The notes beneath the pieces are model-generated. The model did no database searches. It saw only the letters and a program-made list of their open reading frames with translations, and was not told the DNA's origin. From contig JBMFRX010000002.1 in NCBI GenBank assembly GCA_049967855.1, forward strand, positions 67,925 to 131,924: a DNA stretch of 64,000 bases, written 5' to 3'. The stretch comes from Caldisericaceae bacterium (GTDB taxonomy: Bacteria; Caldisericota; Caldisericia; Caldisericales; Caldisericaceae). A program made the translations under genes and the position numbers. The stretch's first letter is position 1, and each line of letters begins with the position of its first letter. Shown here piece by piece: positions 30,393 to 39,313 of the stretch.

Positions 30393-31664
30393 TTAATCAA
30401 TTATTATAGTGAAAGTTGAACCAACACTCTCCTCGCTTCTAACTTCGATATGTGCACCAATTTTCTGTGCAAGGTTATATGCAATTGAGAGACCCAATCC
30501 TGCTCCGCCTGTTTCTCTTGAACGCGACTTTTCTCCTCTGTAAAATCTGTCAAAAATGTGAGGTAAATCTTCTCTGGCAATTCCAATACCTGTATCTTTA
30601 ATATTTATTCTTACGCCCTTATATTTGGAGTCAACATAAATTTTTACATTTCCGCCATATTTATTGAATTTAATTGCGTTTTCTACTATAATACCAAGGA
30701 TTTCCTCAAGGGCTTCCCTGTTTGTTTCAACGAAAGCATTTGTGCTTTCTGAGTCAAGGCTTATGTTTTTTTGCAAAGCTGAATCAGTGAATCTTTTTTT
30801 GACATCGTTTATAAGGAGGTTGAGATCGACTTTTTCTTTTCTGAACTCATAAGACCCAGAATCCATATCGGACAAATGGAGCATGTTTGTTATGATACTC
30901 GCCATTCTGTTAACTGAGTTGTTAATCACATCCAGCTTCTCTCTGTAATATTGTATTTCTTTTACATCTTTTGAAAGGGCAACGTCAATATTTGCTTTTA
31001 TAGCAGCAATAGGTGTTTTTAGCTCATGAGAAGCATCCTCAGTAAATTGTCTCAAGTCTCTGTAAGATTGCTCAATTGGATTTATGGCAGTACTTGCCAA
31101 TTTATAAGAGGCTAACAGCGTAATTATTAATATGAATGGTAAAATTAACAAGAACGAAAGCAAGATATTGTTAATTGAGTTGCTTATATCTTCATAGGTC
31201 ATTCCAACTGTTACGTAATAAGGCTGATTTTGAACGGAAGCCGTGTAAGCCCTGATTTTTTGCAAGATTTCTTTGTTATCCACCTGTTCCAAATATGTTC
31301 CAAATGAAAATTTATCAGGCTCTATTTTTATTTTAGGACTGTTTATTGCAGATGACAAGAAGGCGACGTTTCCCTTATTATCAGTTATTTCGATAATTTC
31401 GTTTCCGCTTTGCAAAGTACTCTGAGACAATTTCAGTGAATTGAGCAATTCACTGCTTAATTCTTCTCTTCCTGAAAGTGTTGAGGCTATTGATGCAGCT
31501 CTTTGCATTATACTTGTATCGAAATTCTTGTAAACGCTGTTTGAATAAACTACAAAGAAAGATGCCATTAATAATGCCGAAATAAGAATAGTAATGAGGG
31601 TATAAGTAATTGCCAGTCTCAGTTTTTGCCTTTTGACCCGTTTTTCAATGTCATTCAATCTCAT
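30393..31664 (-). CDS. Sensor histidine kinase
   Basis: Two TM helices; DASHELKTP; ENAIKF; DTGIGI; FDRFYRG; GAGLGLSI. Confidence 0.95.
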   Translation of the reverse strand: MRLNDIEKRVKRQKLRLAITYTLITILISALLMASFFVVYSNSVYKNFDTSIMQRAASIASTLSGREELSSELLNSLKLSQSTLQSGNEIIEITDNKGNVAFLSSAINSPKIKIEPDKFSFGTYLEQVDNKEILQKIRAYTASVQNQPYYVTVGMTYEDISNSINNILLSFLLILPFILIITLLASYKLASTAINPIEQSYRDLRQFTEDASHELKTPIAAIKANIDVALSKDVKEIQYYREKLDVINNSVNRMASIITNMLHLSDMDSGSYEFRKEKVDLNLLINDVKKRFTDSALQKNISLDSESTNAFVETNREALEEILGIIVENAIKFNKYGGNVKIYVDSKYKGVRINIKDTGIGIAREDLPHIFDRFYRGEKSRSRETGGAGLGLSIAYNLAQKIGAHIEVRSEESVGSTFTIIID

Positions 31665-32313
31665 ATCCTATGCCTTTTATGGTTTTGATTATTTCTCTTC
31701 CTTTGTCGATTTTTCTCCTTAGGTTTTTGATGTGAGTTCTGATGGTGTCAGACCAGAGACTTGCATTTTCATCCCACAAATGATTTTCAAGTTCTTCTTT
31801 TGTTACAATCCTTCCCTTGTTTATTGCAAGATAAACAAGAATCTGGTATTCTTTCTTTGTGAGTTCGACAACAACGTCTTTGCTTGTCACGATATTTGTT
31901 GAAGTATTTATTTTAATGTCGTCAATTTTGATTATTGTAGTCTTTGTATCTTTTTCTCGCCGCAGCAGAGCATGCACTCTTGCAAGTAATTCTCGAAAAT
32001 CAAAAGGCTTTGTTAAGTAATCATCTGCACCTAAATTGAGCGTTTGAATCTTGTCGTCAACACTATTCTTTGCAGTAAGCATTAGTACCGGCATCTTGTA
32101 GTTTCTTTTTCTAATTTCCGATAGTAGTCTTACACCATCTATTCTTGGAATCATTATGTCAAGAATAATAAGGTCGTAAGCTTGTTCTACTTCGATCTTG
32201 CTCAAGGCGTCTCTTCCGTCAAACGCCTGATCCACTACAAATAAATTGTCCTCTAAACCCTCGCGAATTGCATTAGATAAAGACTGCTCATCTTCAACAA
32301 TCAGGATTCTCAT
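31651..32313 (-). CDS. OmpR/PhoB-family response regulator
   Basis: ILIVEDE, LDIMIP, LGADDYLTKPF, LTKKEY, HIKNLRRKI, IKTIKGIGY. Confidence 0.95.
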   Translation of the reverse strand: MRILIVEDEQSLSNAIREGLEDNLFVVDQAFDGRDALSKIEVEQAYDLIILDIMIPRIDGVRLLSEIRKRNYKMPVLMLTAKNSVDDKIQTLNLGADDYLTKPFDFRELLARVHALLRREKDTKTTIIKIDDIKINTSTNIVTSKDVVVELTKKEYQILVYLAINKGRIVTKEELENHLWDENASLWSDTIRTHIKNLRRKIDKGREIIKTIKGIGYEIE

Positions 32314-32317
32314 ATAT

Positions 32318-32887
32318 TCACCAACTTTGTTTGCCCCTTACAAACATTTTCCTCTCGATAATAATTGCCTTATCTGAAATAGTATCCAAACTTTTCTTTA
32401 TGCCAAAAGCGAGCAATGTCCCGATAAAGCCGAAAACAATTCCTCCAAGAATGTCGAAAGGGAAGTGTACTCCAATATAAATCCTTGAGATGGCTACAAT
32501 GAAAGCCATAATGAAACTTATAACTGCCAGTCTATATTTCTTAACAAAAAAAATTGCGAAACTAAGTGCAAACATTGCAGTTGTATGATTGCTCGGAAAG
32601 GATGAAGTAGGTCCGTCTGGTACTAAGTCCAATCCCAAACCGATTGCAAAAGGCCTTGGATGGTAATAAATATTTTTCGTAATGTAACCTAAAAGCAAGG
32701 CAACACCAACTGCAGATGTTACAAATATCGCAGATCTTTTACTCTCGGCTGTTCGATTAAACCATAGCAAGAAAATAATTATGGGAATAATTCCAACCAA
32801 GTATTTTGCAGCAAAAATCATAATTTGGTCAAGCAAAGCGTTTTTCCCTGCTAGGCCATTAATAAGTTCAAAAAAATAAACGTTCAT
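32318..32887 (-). CDS. PAP2 undecaprenyl-diphosphatase (BcrC-like)
   Basis: KNIYYHPRPF, SFPSNH, SRIYIGVHFPFDI. Confidence 0.9.
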   Translation of the reverse strand: MNVYFFELINGLAGKNALLDQIMIFAAKYLVGIIPIIIFLLWFNRTAESKRSAIFVTSAVGVALLLGYITKNIYYHPRPFAIGLGLDLVPDGPTSSFPSNHTTAMFALSFAIFFVKKYRLAVISFIMAFIVAISRIYIGVHFPFDILGGIVFGFIGTLLAFGIKKSLDTISDKAIIIERKMFVRGKQSW

Positions 32888-32929
32888 TATTTTTCACCTT
32901 CTTTAAATTATAGCATTTTTATAAGCATA

Positions 32930-32958
32930 AAAAACTCCGGGGCGAATCCCGGAGTTTT
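32930..32958 (-). terminator. Intrinsic terminator after the PepSY gene
   Basis: AAAACTCCGGG-GCGAAT-CCCGGAGTTTT. Confidence 0.8.
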
Positions 32959-32977
32959 GGTAAAACAAACTAATTAT

Positions 32978-33523
32978 TTAATTCCCAGATTGAACTTCTT
33001 CCTGCACTGTATCAGCATCAATTCCCTTTGAGACTTCTTCGCCTTTTGCTTCAGTGCCTTTTTCCTCTGTGCCGTCTGAAGCTTCAACTGTTAGTACTGA
33101 TCCTGTTCCTGCATCAATCTTTACATCGCTCATTTTGGAAGAGGCGTCCTTCACGCTAACGCTGTAGACAAGATATCCGTTCTCGTTATCAATGCTTGTT
33201 TTTACAACTGTCCCTGGAACTTTTGCAAGAGCTGCCTTTTCTGCATCGGCTTGTGAAATCTTTGCAAGTCCTTGGAGAGCAGCTGATTCACTTGCTTCAT
33301 CCTTAGCGTTTGTATCAGTTACCTTAATGCTTCCAACATAACTTGGCTCCTGAACATTACTGTCAGCAGTTTCTGCATCATTTGCCTGTGCAGTTGCTGT
33401 CACTGTGGTTTGTGATGGAGTTGTCGAACCTCCTGCAAAAACAATGTGTTTCCCAACAAAAAGGGCTACGCTTGAAACCATCAAGCCTACAACTAGCATT
33501 CCAACCAAAATTCTCTTTTTCAT
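32978..33523 (-). CDS. Secreted PepSY-domain protein
   Basis: Start at MKKRILVG (33523) after SD GGAGGT; signal peptide; AKISQADAEKAAL...IDNENGYLVYSV...VKIDAGTGSVL; acidic tail. Confidence 0.85.
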   Translation of the reverse strand: MKKRILVGMLVVGLMVSSVALFVGKHIVFAGGSTTPSQTTVTATAQANDAETADSNVQEPSYVGSIKVTDTNAKDEASESAALQGLAKISQADAEKAALAKVPGTVVKTSIDNENGYLVYSVSVKDASSKMSDVKIDAGTGSVLTVEASDGTEEKGTEAKGEEVSKGIDADTVQEEVQSGN

Positions 33524-33577
33524 CTTTGCACCTCCTAGTGCCATTTTTTTGGAAGCTCTTTTGGACTTCCTACTGAA

Positions 33578-33610
33578 ATTATATAAGTCCTCTGTGAAGA
33601 ATCCGTGAAG
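33578..33610 (-). promoter_or_regulatory. Direct-repeat OmpR/CssR-like operator plus -10 box upstream of the PepSY/PAP2/two-component cluster
   Basis: Minus strand CTTCACG-GATT-CTTCACA-GAGGACTTA-TATAAT. Confidence 0.7.
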
Positions 33611-33710
33611 AAAGAAATTCGTTTTATTACCTTTGAAAAATCCTTGTTTGCGAATAGTGTGTGAAAAGGCTATAATTTTATTGAAAACGTTTTGTTGCAA
33701 GGAGGGAAGA

Positions 33711-34361
33711 ATGAAACCGTTCGAATTTTGGATTAGTGCTGATGTGATTTACCTTTCGAACACCAAAGCCAGGAATCTGTCAGAGCTTTTAGACGGCATT
33801 AAAAAAGCTGATGGTGCAACTATTTATCATCATACGCACCGCTACCTTGAACAACACTATTATCTATCGCCAGAACCTCCAAATGACTTTGCATACTGGA
33901 CTTCAAACGTATTGCTTGAAAGAATCGTAGGTGAAAAACTTGCTGCGATAGATATAAGAGGATTCTATACAATTAGTTCTCTAAAAGAGAAGTTAATATC
34001 GATTATCCAAGATTATCTTGCAGAAGGAAATGAATTGAGGGATGCACCTGAGGGAATGGAATTTCGTTTTATGCGTTCCAAAAGCTTTCTTCTTAAGACT
34101 GGTCTCAGTGCAAATGACCTCGAAGGATTTTATGAAGCGGTTAAAAAGGTAAGCATACACTCTTTGTACTACCACATTTTTGAATCGAGGCTTCGCATAG
34201 GTAAAGAAGACAATGATTTTTCTATCTGGCTAAGGGATGAGCTAAAAGAGGAATCTCTTGCAGAGGAAATTTCAAAACTTGACCCATACACTATCACCCT
34301 TGAGGGTTTAAGGGATAAGATTTGCAGTTTGATAGAGGTGAGATTAAATGGCAAAACTTGA
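33711..34361 (+). CDS. DUF5752-like protein associated with TreT
   Basis: Start MKPFEFW after SD GGAGG; internal duplication (TIYHH...NDFAYW and SLYYH...NDFSIW); overlaps the treT start. Confidence 0.75.
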   Translation: MKPFEFWISADVIYLSNTKARNLSELLDGIKKADGATIYHHTHRYLEQHYYLSPEPPNDFAYWTSNVLLERIVGEKLAAIDIRGFYTISSLKEKLISIIQDYLAEGNELRDAPEGMEFRFMRSKSFLLKTGLSANDLEGFYEAVKKVSIHSLYYHIFESRLRIGKEDNDFSIWLRDELKEESLAEEISKLDPYTITLEGLRDKICSLIEVRLNGKT

Positions 34362-35571
34362 TGATTACAGGTCCATAGCTGGTGACGGCGTTATTGATGA
34401 GCTTTTCAGTGTAGCTAAACATCTCAACGGCAAGATTGTGCAGAATATAAACTCGACTTCTGTTGGCGGCGGGGTTGCCGAGATTCTGAGTAGAATGGTC
34501 CCCCTGCTTAATGAACTTGGAATTAATGCAAGGTGGGATGTAATAAAGGGCGGTGACAGATTCTTTAGCATAACAAAGAAAATGCACAATGCTTTGCACG
34601 GAGTAAATATCGAAATCACTGAGAAAGAATTAGATTATTTTCTTGAAGTGAACAGAGAAAATGCTTCAAATATAGAACTATCTGGTGACATAATTTTTAT
34701 ACATGACCCACAGCCAATTGCAATCATAGAGAAAAAGACCGAAATTGGAAGACTTTGGCTTTGGCGTTGTCATATTGACTTTTCACGGCCACAACAACAA
34801 ATTTGGGAATTTCTCAGGAGTTATATAGAGAAATATGATTCTGCTGTCTTCTCTGCGCCTGCCTTTGCAAGGGACCTTTCAATTCCACAGATTCTTATTT
34901 CTCCTTCAATAGATCCATTGAGTGATAAGAATAGAGAATTGACAGATGAAGAGATAAAAGGAGTTTTCGAGACTTACAAGATAGATATGGGCAGGCCTGT
35001 TATAACACAGGTTTCTCGCTTTGACTATCTAAAAGATCCTGTGGGAGTTATTGAGGCATACAAGCTTGTGAAAAAATATGTTGACTGTCAGCTTGTCCTT
35101 GCCGGAGGCGGTGCCTCAGATGACCCCGAGGGAGCCAAAGTGCTCAGCGATGTAAAAGAAGCCGCTGCAGGAGACCCTGACATTTTTATTCTACTTTTGC
35201 CTCCTGGAAGTGACTTTGAAATCAATGCGCTACAAAGAGGTTCGACTGTTGTATTGCAGAAATCGCTCAGAGAAGGTTTTGGGCTGACTGTCGCAGAGGC
35301 ATTGTGGAAGTCAAAACCTGTAATAGCTTCAGCAGTGGGTGGCATACCTCTCCAGATAGCCCACAAGTATTCTGGAATCCTAACAAATACTATTGAAGGA
35401 ACTGCTTATTGGATTAAACAACTCATTCAAACTCCTGAATATGCAATAGTGCTCGGAAGACATGGCAAAGAGCATATCAAAAATAACTTTCTAATTACAC
35501 GGCATCTTCGTGATTATTTGCTTGCTTTTCTTTCGCTATTCTATGAAAATGATGTAGTAAAGCTTGATTAG
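34348..35571 (+). CDS. treT: GT4 glycosyltransferase, trehalose glycosyl-transferring synthase-like
   Basis: NSTSVGGGVAEIL, HDPQP, WRCHID, PSIDPLSDKN, QVSRFDYLKDP, QKSLREGFGLTVAEALWK. Confidence 0.85.
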   Translation: MAKLDDYRSIAGDGVIDELFSVAKHLNGKIVQNINSTSVGGGVAEILSRMVPLLNELGINARWDVIKGGDRFFSITKKMHNALHGVNIEITEKELDYFLEVNRENASNIELSGDIIFIHDPQPIAIIEKKTEIGRLWLWRCHIDFSRPQQQIWEFLRSYIEKYDSAVFSAPAFARDLSIPQILISPSIDPLSDKNRELTDEEIKGVFETYKIDMGRPVITQVSRFDYLKDPVGVIEAYKLVKKYVDCQLVLAGGGASDDPEGAKVLSDVKEAAAGDPDIFILLLPPGSDFEINALQRGSTVVLQKSLREGFGLTVAEALWKSKPVIASAVGGIPLQIAHKYSGILTNTIEGTAYWIKQLIQTPEYAIVLGRHGKEHIKNNFLITRHLRDYLLAFLSLFYENDVVKLD

Positions 35572-35589
35572 AGGTCTTTTTAGGAGTTT

Positions 35590-35626
35590 GCACTACGCAT
35601 CAGTGCCAGGCACGGGTGCGTAGTGC
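35590..35626. terminator. GC-rich hairpin between convergent treT and EamA genes
   Basis: GCACTACGCATC-A-GTGC-CAG-GCAC-G-GGTGCGTAGTGC; no clear U-tract. Confidence 0.55.
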
Positions 35627-35634
35627 GATAATTA

Positions 35635-36513
35635 TCAGGAAGCACCAAAGATGCCTAAGATGATTATACCCGCAGCAATAATTATTGAAGCTAGTATCCT
35701 TTTTCTTCCATAGGGTTCGTGCAATATTAGAATTCCTTCTATTACACCGAAGACTATCCCAATTTCTCTTATTGATACTATGTAGCTTAATGGAGAATAC
35801 TTCATCACATAAACCACTATTGAGTATGAAATGACAATCATTATACTTGAGAGCGCCATTGAAAAAGAATTTAGCCTCAACTCTTCCCTGATTGATTTTA
35901 TGTCTTCTGTGACTGCTACCACAGGAGAGAGCAGCAAAAATGCAACGAACTCAAATAGATAAACATAAATCAAAGGGTTAACAATTGATGACGCCTGTTT
36001 GTCTATAAACGAGTAAAGTATAACCATCATTAACGTTATAAATGCAAATGAAACACCCTTATCTTTAAATCTAACGATTCCGAACAGGGTTGTGACTATG
36101 TTGTTACTCTCGAAAGTTATCATGAAAATGCCGATGTTTACAAGTACTATGCCAAGTATGCCTCCTATTGGAATACGCTCCCCCGCAAAGATAAATGCAA
36201 TTATAGGAATGACAGCAGGAGCTGACCTCGCAATGGGATAGACTAAAGAGAGGTCGCCGTATGAGTATGCTCTTGAAAGTGAGTACCAGTAAATTCCGTT
36301 GGCAATGCCGCTCGCCAATATGTAAATGAATGCTTTGGGCTGAATCTCAAAATTCATAACGAAGTAAACAGCAAAAGGGAGAAATATGAGCAGTTCAAAG
36401 ATTTTTGTGATATACAAGAACGCAAGTTTGTCTTTACTTCTCTTAGTCAACAGATTCCATAACGAATGTATCAATCCCGATAAAATAACAAGTAAAATCA
36501 AAGAAATGTTCAT
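35635..36513 (-). CDS. EamA/DMT-family transporter
   Basis: HSLWNLLTK, AYSYGDLSLVYPIAR, YSFIDK, SIREIG; about 10 TM helices. Confidence 0.9.
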   Translation of the reverse strand: MNISLILLVILSGLIHSLWNLLTKRSKDKLAFLYITKIFELLIFLPFAVYFVMNFEIQPKAFIYILASGIANGIYWYSLSRAYSYGDLSLVYPIARSAPAVIPIIAFIFAGERIPIGGILGIVLVNIGIFMITFESNNIVTTLFGIVRFKDKGVSFAFITLMMVILYSFIDKQASSIVNPLIYVYLFEFVAFLLLSPVVAVTEDIKSIREELRLNSFSMALSSIMIVISYSIVVYVMKYSPLSYIVSIREIGIVFGVIEGILILHEPYGRKRILASIIIAAGIIILGIFGAS

Positions 36514-36634
36514 AGGAATATTTTATGTAGAAGTTGTTATTTAAAAAAATATGAAACCTAAGTTTTACAAGAAGTTTTAAATTTGTGTTCTTTAGTGATA
36601 AAATTAGCAAAATAATTATTATAAAGGAGTTAAT

Positions 36635-37552
36635 ATGGAAAATAAGAATGTTCCTTCACTTCACGGACAAGCGAACAAGAGCAGTAAAGACTATCCCAAT
36701 GAAACTTTGAGGATTCTTTGCGAGCGTGGAAGCCTGAGAAATTTTTCAGATAAGAAAATCCCGAAAGAGGTCCTACAACTGATTTTAGAGGCAGGTATTC
36801 ATGCTCCAACTGGCGGAAACCTTCAGCCCTACTCAATTATCAAAATACAGAATCAGTCAACAAAAGAATACCTTGCAAAGATTTGTGAACAGAATTTCAT
36901 AGAGAAGGCACCAATTGATTTGCTTTTCTGTATCGATTGGCATCTCATCAAGAGATGGGCTGAACTTGAATGTGCTCCGTTTGCTGCAATAAGCTCATTC
37001 AGGCACTTTTGGATATCGTTTCAGGACGCTCTGATTGCAGCGCAAAGTGTTGTAACTGCTGCAGATTCAATGGGTTTGGGCTCAGTTTACGTGGGAACTG
37101 TTGTTGACTTTGTAAGAGAGATTAGAAAGCTTTTTGAATTGCCTCAAGGAGTCTTTCCTGTGGTTCTGCTAAGTTTAGGCTATCCTTCAACAAGACCGAT
37201 GTCAAGAAAGAAGCTTGGAACAGGAATGATTGTACACGATGAGAAATATGAGGAAAGAAGCAACGAAGATATAATTAAAAATTTCGGAGAGAAATATTCA
37301 GAGATTAAAATTCCAGCAACTTCCGAACGTATTGAAACAATTCGTAAGGTTTGTAATGAGCTCGAAGGAGAAGCTTTAGCCGCTACAGTAATATCAAGAA
37401 TTCAAGAAGCCGGCTATATCAATGCCGCGCAGAGATATTTTGGACTTCACTACATTGCAAGCGAAATGGTAAAAGGGAATGACGAATACCTGAATATCAT
37501 GAAAGAAGCAGGTTTTGATTGGTTTGAGAAGTTTGAATCCAAAAATAGATAA
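36635..37552 (+). CDS. Nitroreductase family protein (NfsA/FRP-like)
   Basis: RGSLRNF, APTGGNLQPYSII, DALIAAQ, GLGSVYVG, LSLGYP. Confidence 0.88.
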   Translation: MENKNVPSLHGQANKSSKDYPNETLRILCERGSLRNFSDKKIPKEVLQLILEAGIHAPTGGNLQPYSIIKIQNQSTKEYLAKICEQNFIEKAPIDLLFCIDWHLIKRWAELECAPFAAISSFRHFWISFQDALIAAQSVVTAADSMGLGSVYVGTVVDFVREIRKLFELPQGVFPVVLLSLGYPSTRPMSRKKLGTGMIVHDEKYEERSNEDIIKNFGEKYSEIKIPATSERIETIRKVCNELEGEALAATVISRIQEAGYINAAQRYFGLHYIASEMVKGNDEYLNIMKEAGFDWFEKFESKNR

Positions 37553-37567
37553 AACAGGGAGGATATT

Positions 37568-38143
37568 ATGCTAAAAGATTTAGTTTTGAAGAACAGAACT
37601 TACAGAAGGTTTTATGGGGACTTTAAAGTAGATTGCTCGACTCTAAAAGAGCTCGTTGACCTTGCGAGGCTCTCTTCGTCTGCTGGCAATAAACAGCCAC
37701 TTAGATATGTGCTTTCCTGTGACAAAGGGAGAAACGATTTAATATTTCCAAATCTTTCCTGGGCAGCCTCCCTCAAGGATTGGGATGGCCCTGAGATTGG
37801 AGAGCGTCCGTCCGCATATATTTTTATGCTTGCTGATAAGGAAGCACAACCAAATTATTACAACTGGGACGCAGGCATTGCAGCTTCTGCAATTATGCTT
37901 GGTGCCACTGAAAGAGGCCTCGGCGGTTGCATAATAGCATCTGTCAATAGGTCAGATTTAGCAACGACTCTTAACATTCCAGACAAGTACGTGATTGTTT
38001 TTGTCCTTGCTATCGGGAAGCCAAAGGAAACTGTTGTTCTTGAGCCTGTGGCAGAAGGTGGCAGCATTACCTACTATAGAGATGAAAATCAAGTGCATCA
38101 CGTTCCCAAAAGAGCACTTGAAGATATTATCCTTGATATTTAG
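37568..38143 (+). CDS. Nitroreductase family protein
   Basis: KNRTYRRF, SSAGNKQPL, DAGIAA, GLGGCII, HHVPKR. Confidence 0.88.
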   Translation: MLKDLVLKNRTYRRFYGDFKVDCSTLKELVDLARLSSSAGNKQPLRYVLSCDKGRNDLIFPNLSWAASLKDWDGPEIGERPSAYIFMLADKEAQPNYYNWDAGIAASAIMLGATERGLGGCIIASVNRSDLATTLNIPDKYVIVFVLAIGKPKETVVLEPVAEGGSITYYRDENQVHHVPKRALEDIILDI

Positions 38144-38146
38144 ATT

Positions 38147-39022
38147 ATGAGTATCACTATAAGGAGGGTTACTGCCTCGGACAAAGCAAGTATACTTGAA
38201 ATCTCGTCAAAGATTTGGGGTGGCGATGATTACGTTCCCTTTGTTTTTGACGAATGGCTCAAAGACCCTAAAGGGTTTTTTGCTTGCGCAGAATATGACG
38301 GCAAGATATCAGGCTTTGATAGGTGCGTTGAAGTGAACCCTGGCTATTTTTGGCTGGAGGGGCTCCGAGCAGACCCCAAGTTACAGGGACACGGAGTTGG
38401 GGAGGCACTCACGAGCTTCTTCATTGACCTTGGCATCGAAAGAAAAGCTCATACTTTGGCCCTCTCGACATATGTAGATAACAAAGCAAGCATTCATATT
38501 ATTGAGAAAAATGGTTTTGAAAAAGTAGCTGGTTTCATTTTCTTTGAGACCTGGAGAAGAAAAAAGATAACTCCCAAAAGTGTACCAGGTGTTGAGAAAA
38601 TAGATAGTGAAAATGCCCTTGGATTTATTTTAGATTCTGATTTTGTTAAGCTTTCAAATGGATATTTCCCTCACGGCTGGAAGTTTATCAATTTGCAGTT
38701 TGGAGTAAAAAAGGTTCTCAATGAGAATAGCTTTATTTTTGGAGTTAAGAGCCAGGGGGAAATTGTAGGGCTTGCTTGTGGAGGCGAAATAGTAAGAGGT
38801 TCTGGTGTCCTGAGCGTCTTTTTTATTGACGGGACACCCAAAGCGTCATCAAAACTCTTGAAAGCAGTCCTCAGTCTCAAATCAATTTATTCTGGCATTG
38901 AGTTTATGATTCCTGCCAAACAAGGACAGTCTTTTAGCACGCTTGATATTATTAAGAAGGCGAAGATAAGGAACCACAATAATTATGCTCCTGACGTATT
39001 TGTATATGAAAAGAAGTTGTAA
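38147..39022 (+). CDS. GNAT N-acetyltransferase
   Basis: WLEGLRADPKLQGHGVG (motif A), NKASIHIIEKNGF. Confidence 0.85.
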   Translation: MSITIRRVTASDKASILEISSKIWGGDDYVPFVFDEWLKDPKGFFACAEYDGKISGFDRCVEVNPGYFWLEGLRADPKLQGHGVGEALTSFFIDLGIERKAHTLALSTYVDNKASIHIIEKNGFEKVAGFIFFETWRRKKITPKSVPGVEKIDSENALGFILDSDFVKLSNGYFPHGWKFINLQFGVKKVLNENSFIFGVKSQGEIVGLACGGEIVRGSGVLSVFFIDGTPKASSKLLKAVLSLKSIYSGIEFMIPAKQGQSFSTLDIIKKAKIRNHNNYAPDVFVYEKKL

Positions 39023-39241
39023 ATTCAAGCAAAACTGGTTCTTGCACAACGAAAAAATTTTAGGCTTCTGAACGAAATTCTTACGTAAAACTCACGCGAA
39101 GAACGAGTGTTTTACAGGTGTCCAAATTCTCAAAGCAAACAAGAGAGGATTCTGATTTGTTATGTCTGGCTCTTTTGGAAGCCAGGTATTCGCAATGGAA
39201 AAATCGATGCTTTTCAATCCTGTAGTTCAGCGGCAGTATAT

Positions 39242-39274
39242 CTTCACATTTGATTCAAATTGCTTTGCTATTAT
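39242..39274 (+). promoter_or_regulatory. Direct-repeat OmpR/CssR-like operator plus -10 box
   Basis: CTTCACA-TTTG-ATTCAAA-TTGCTTTGC-TATTAT. Confidence 0.55.
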
Positions 39275-39313
39275 CTAAGTGATAAGTCTTTTAGCTTGGA
39301 GGCAAAATTGATA

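Noticed and set aside
33524..33710. N-terminal extensions of the PepSY and DUF5752 ORFs that make them overlap
   Set aside because: SD-supported starts at 33523 and 33711 leave a normal divergent promoter region.
33555..39179. Shared 11-mer GCTCTTTTGGA near two motif-bearing promoters
   Set aside because: Different orientation and position relative to the genes; a chance match is plausible.
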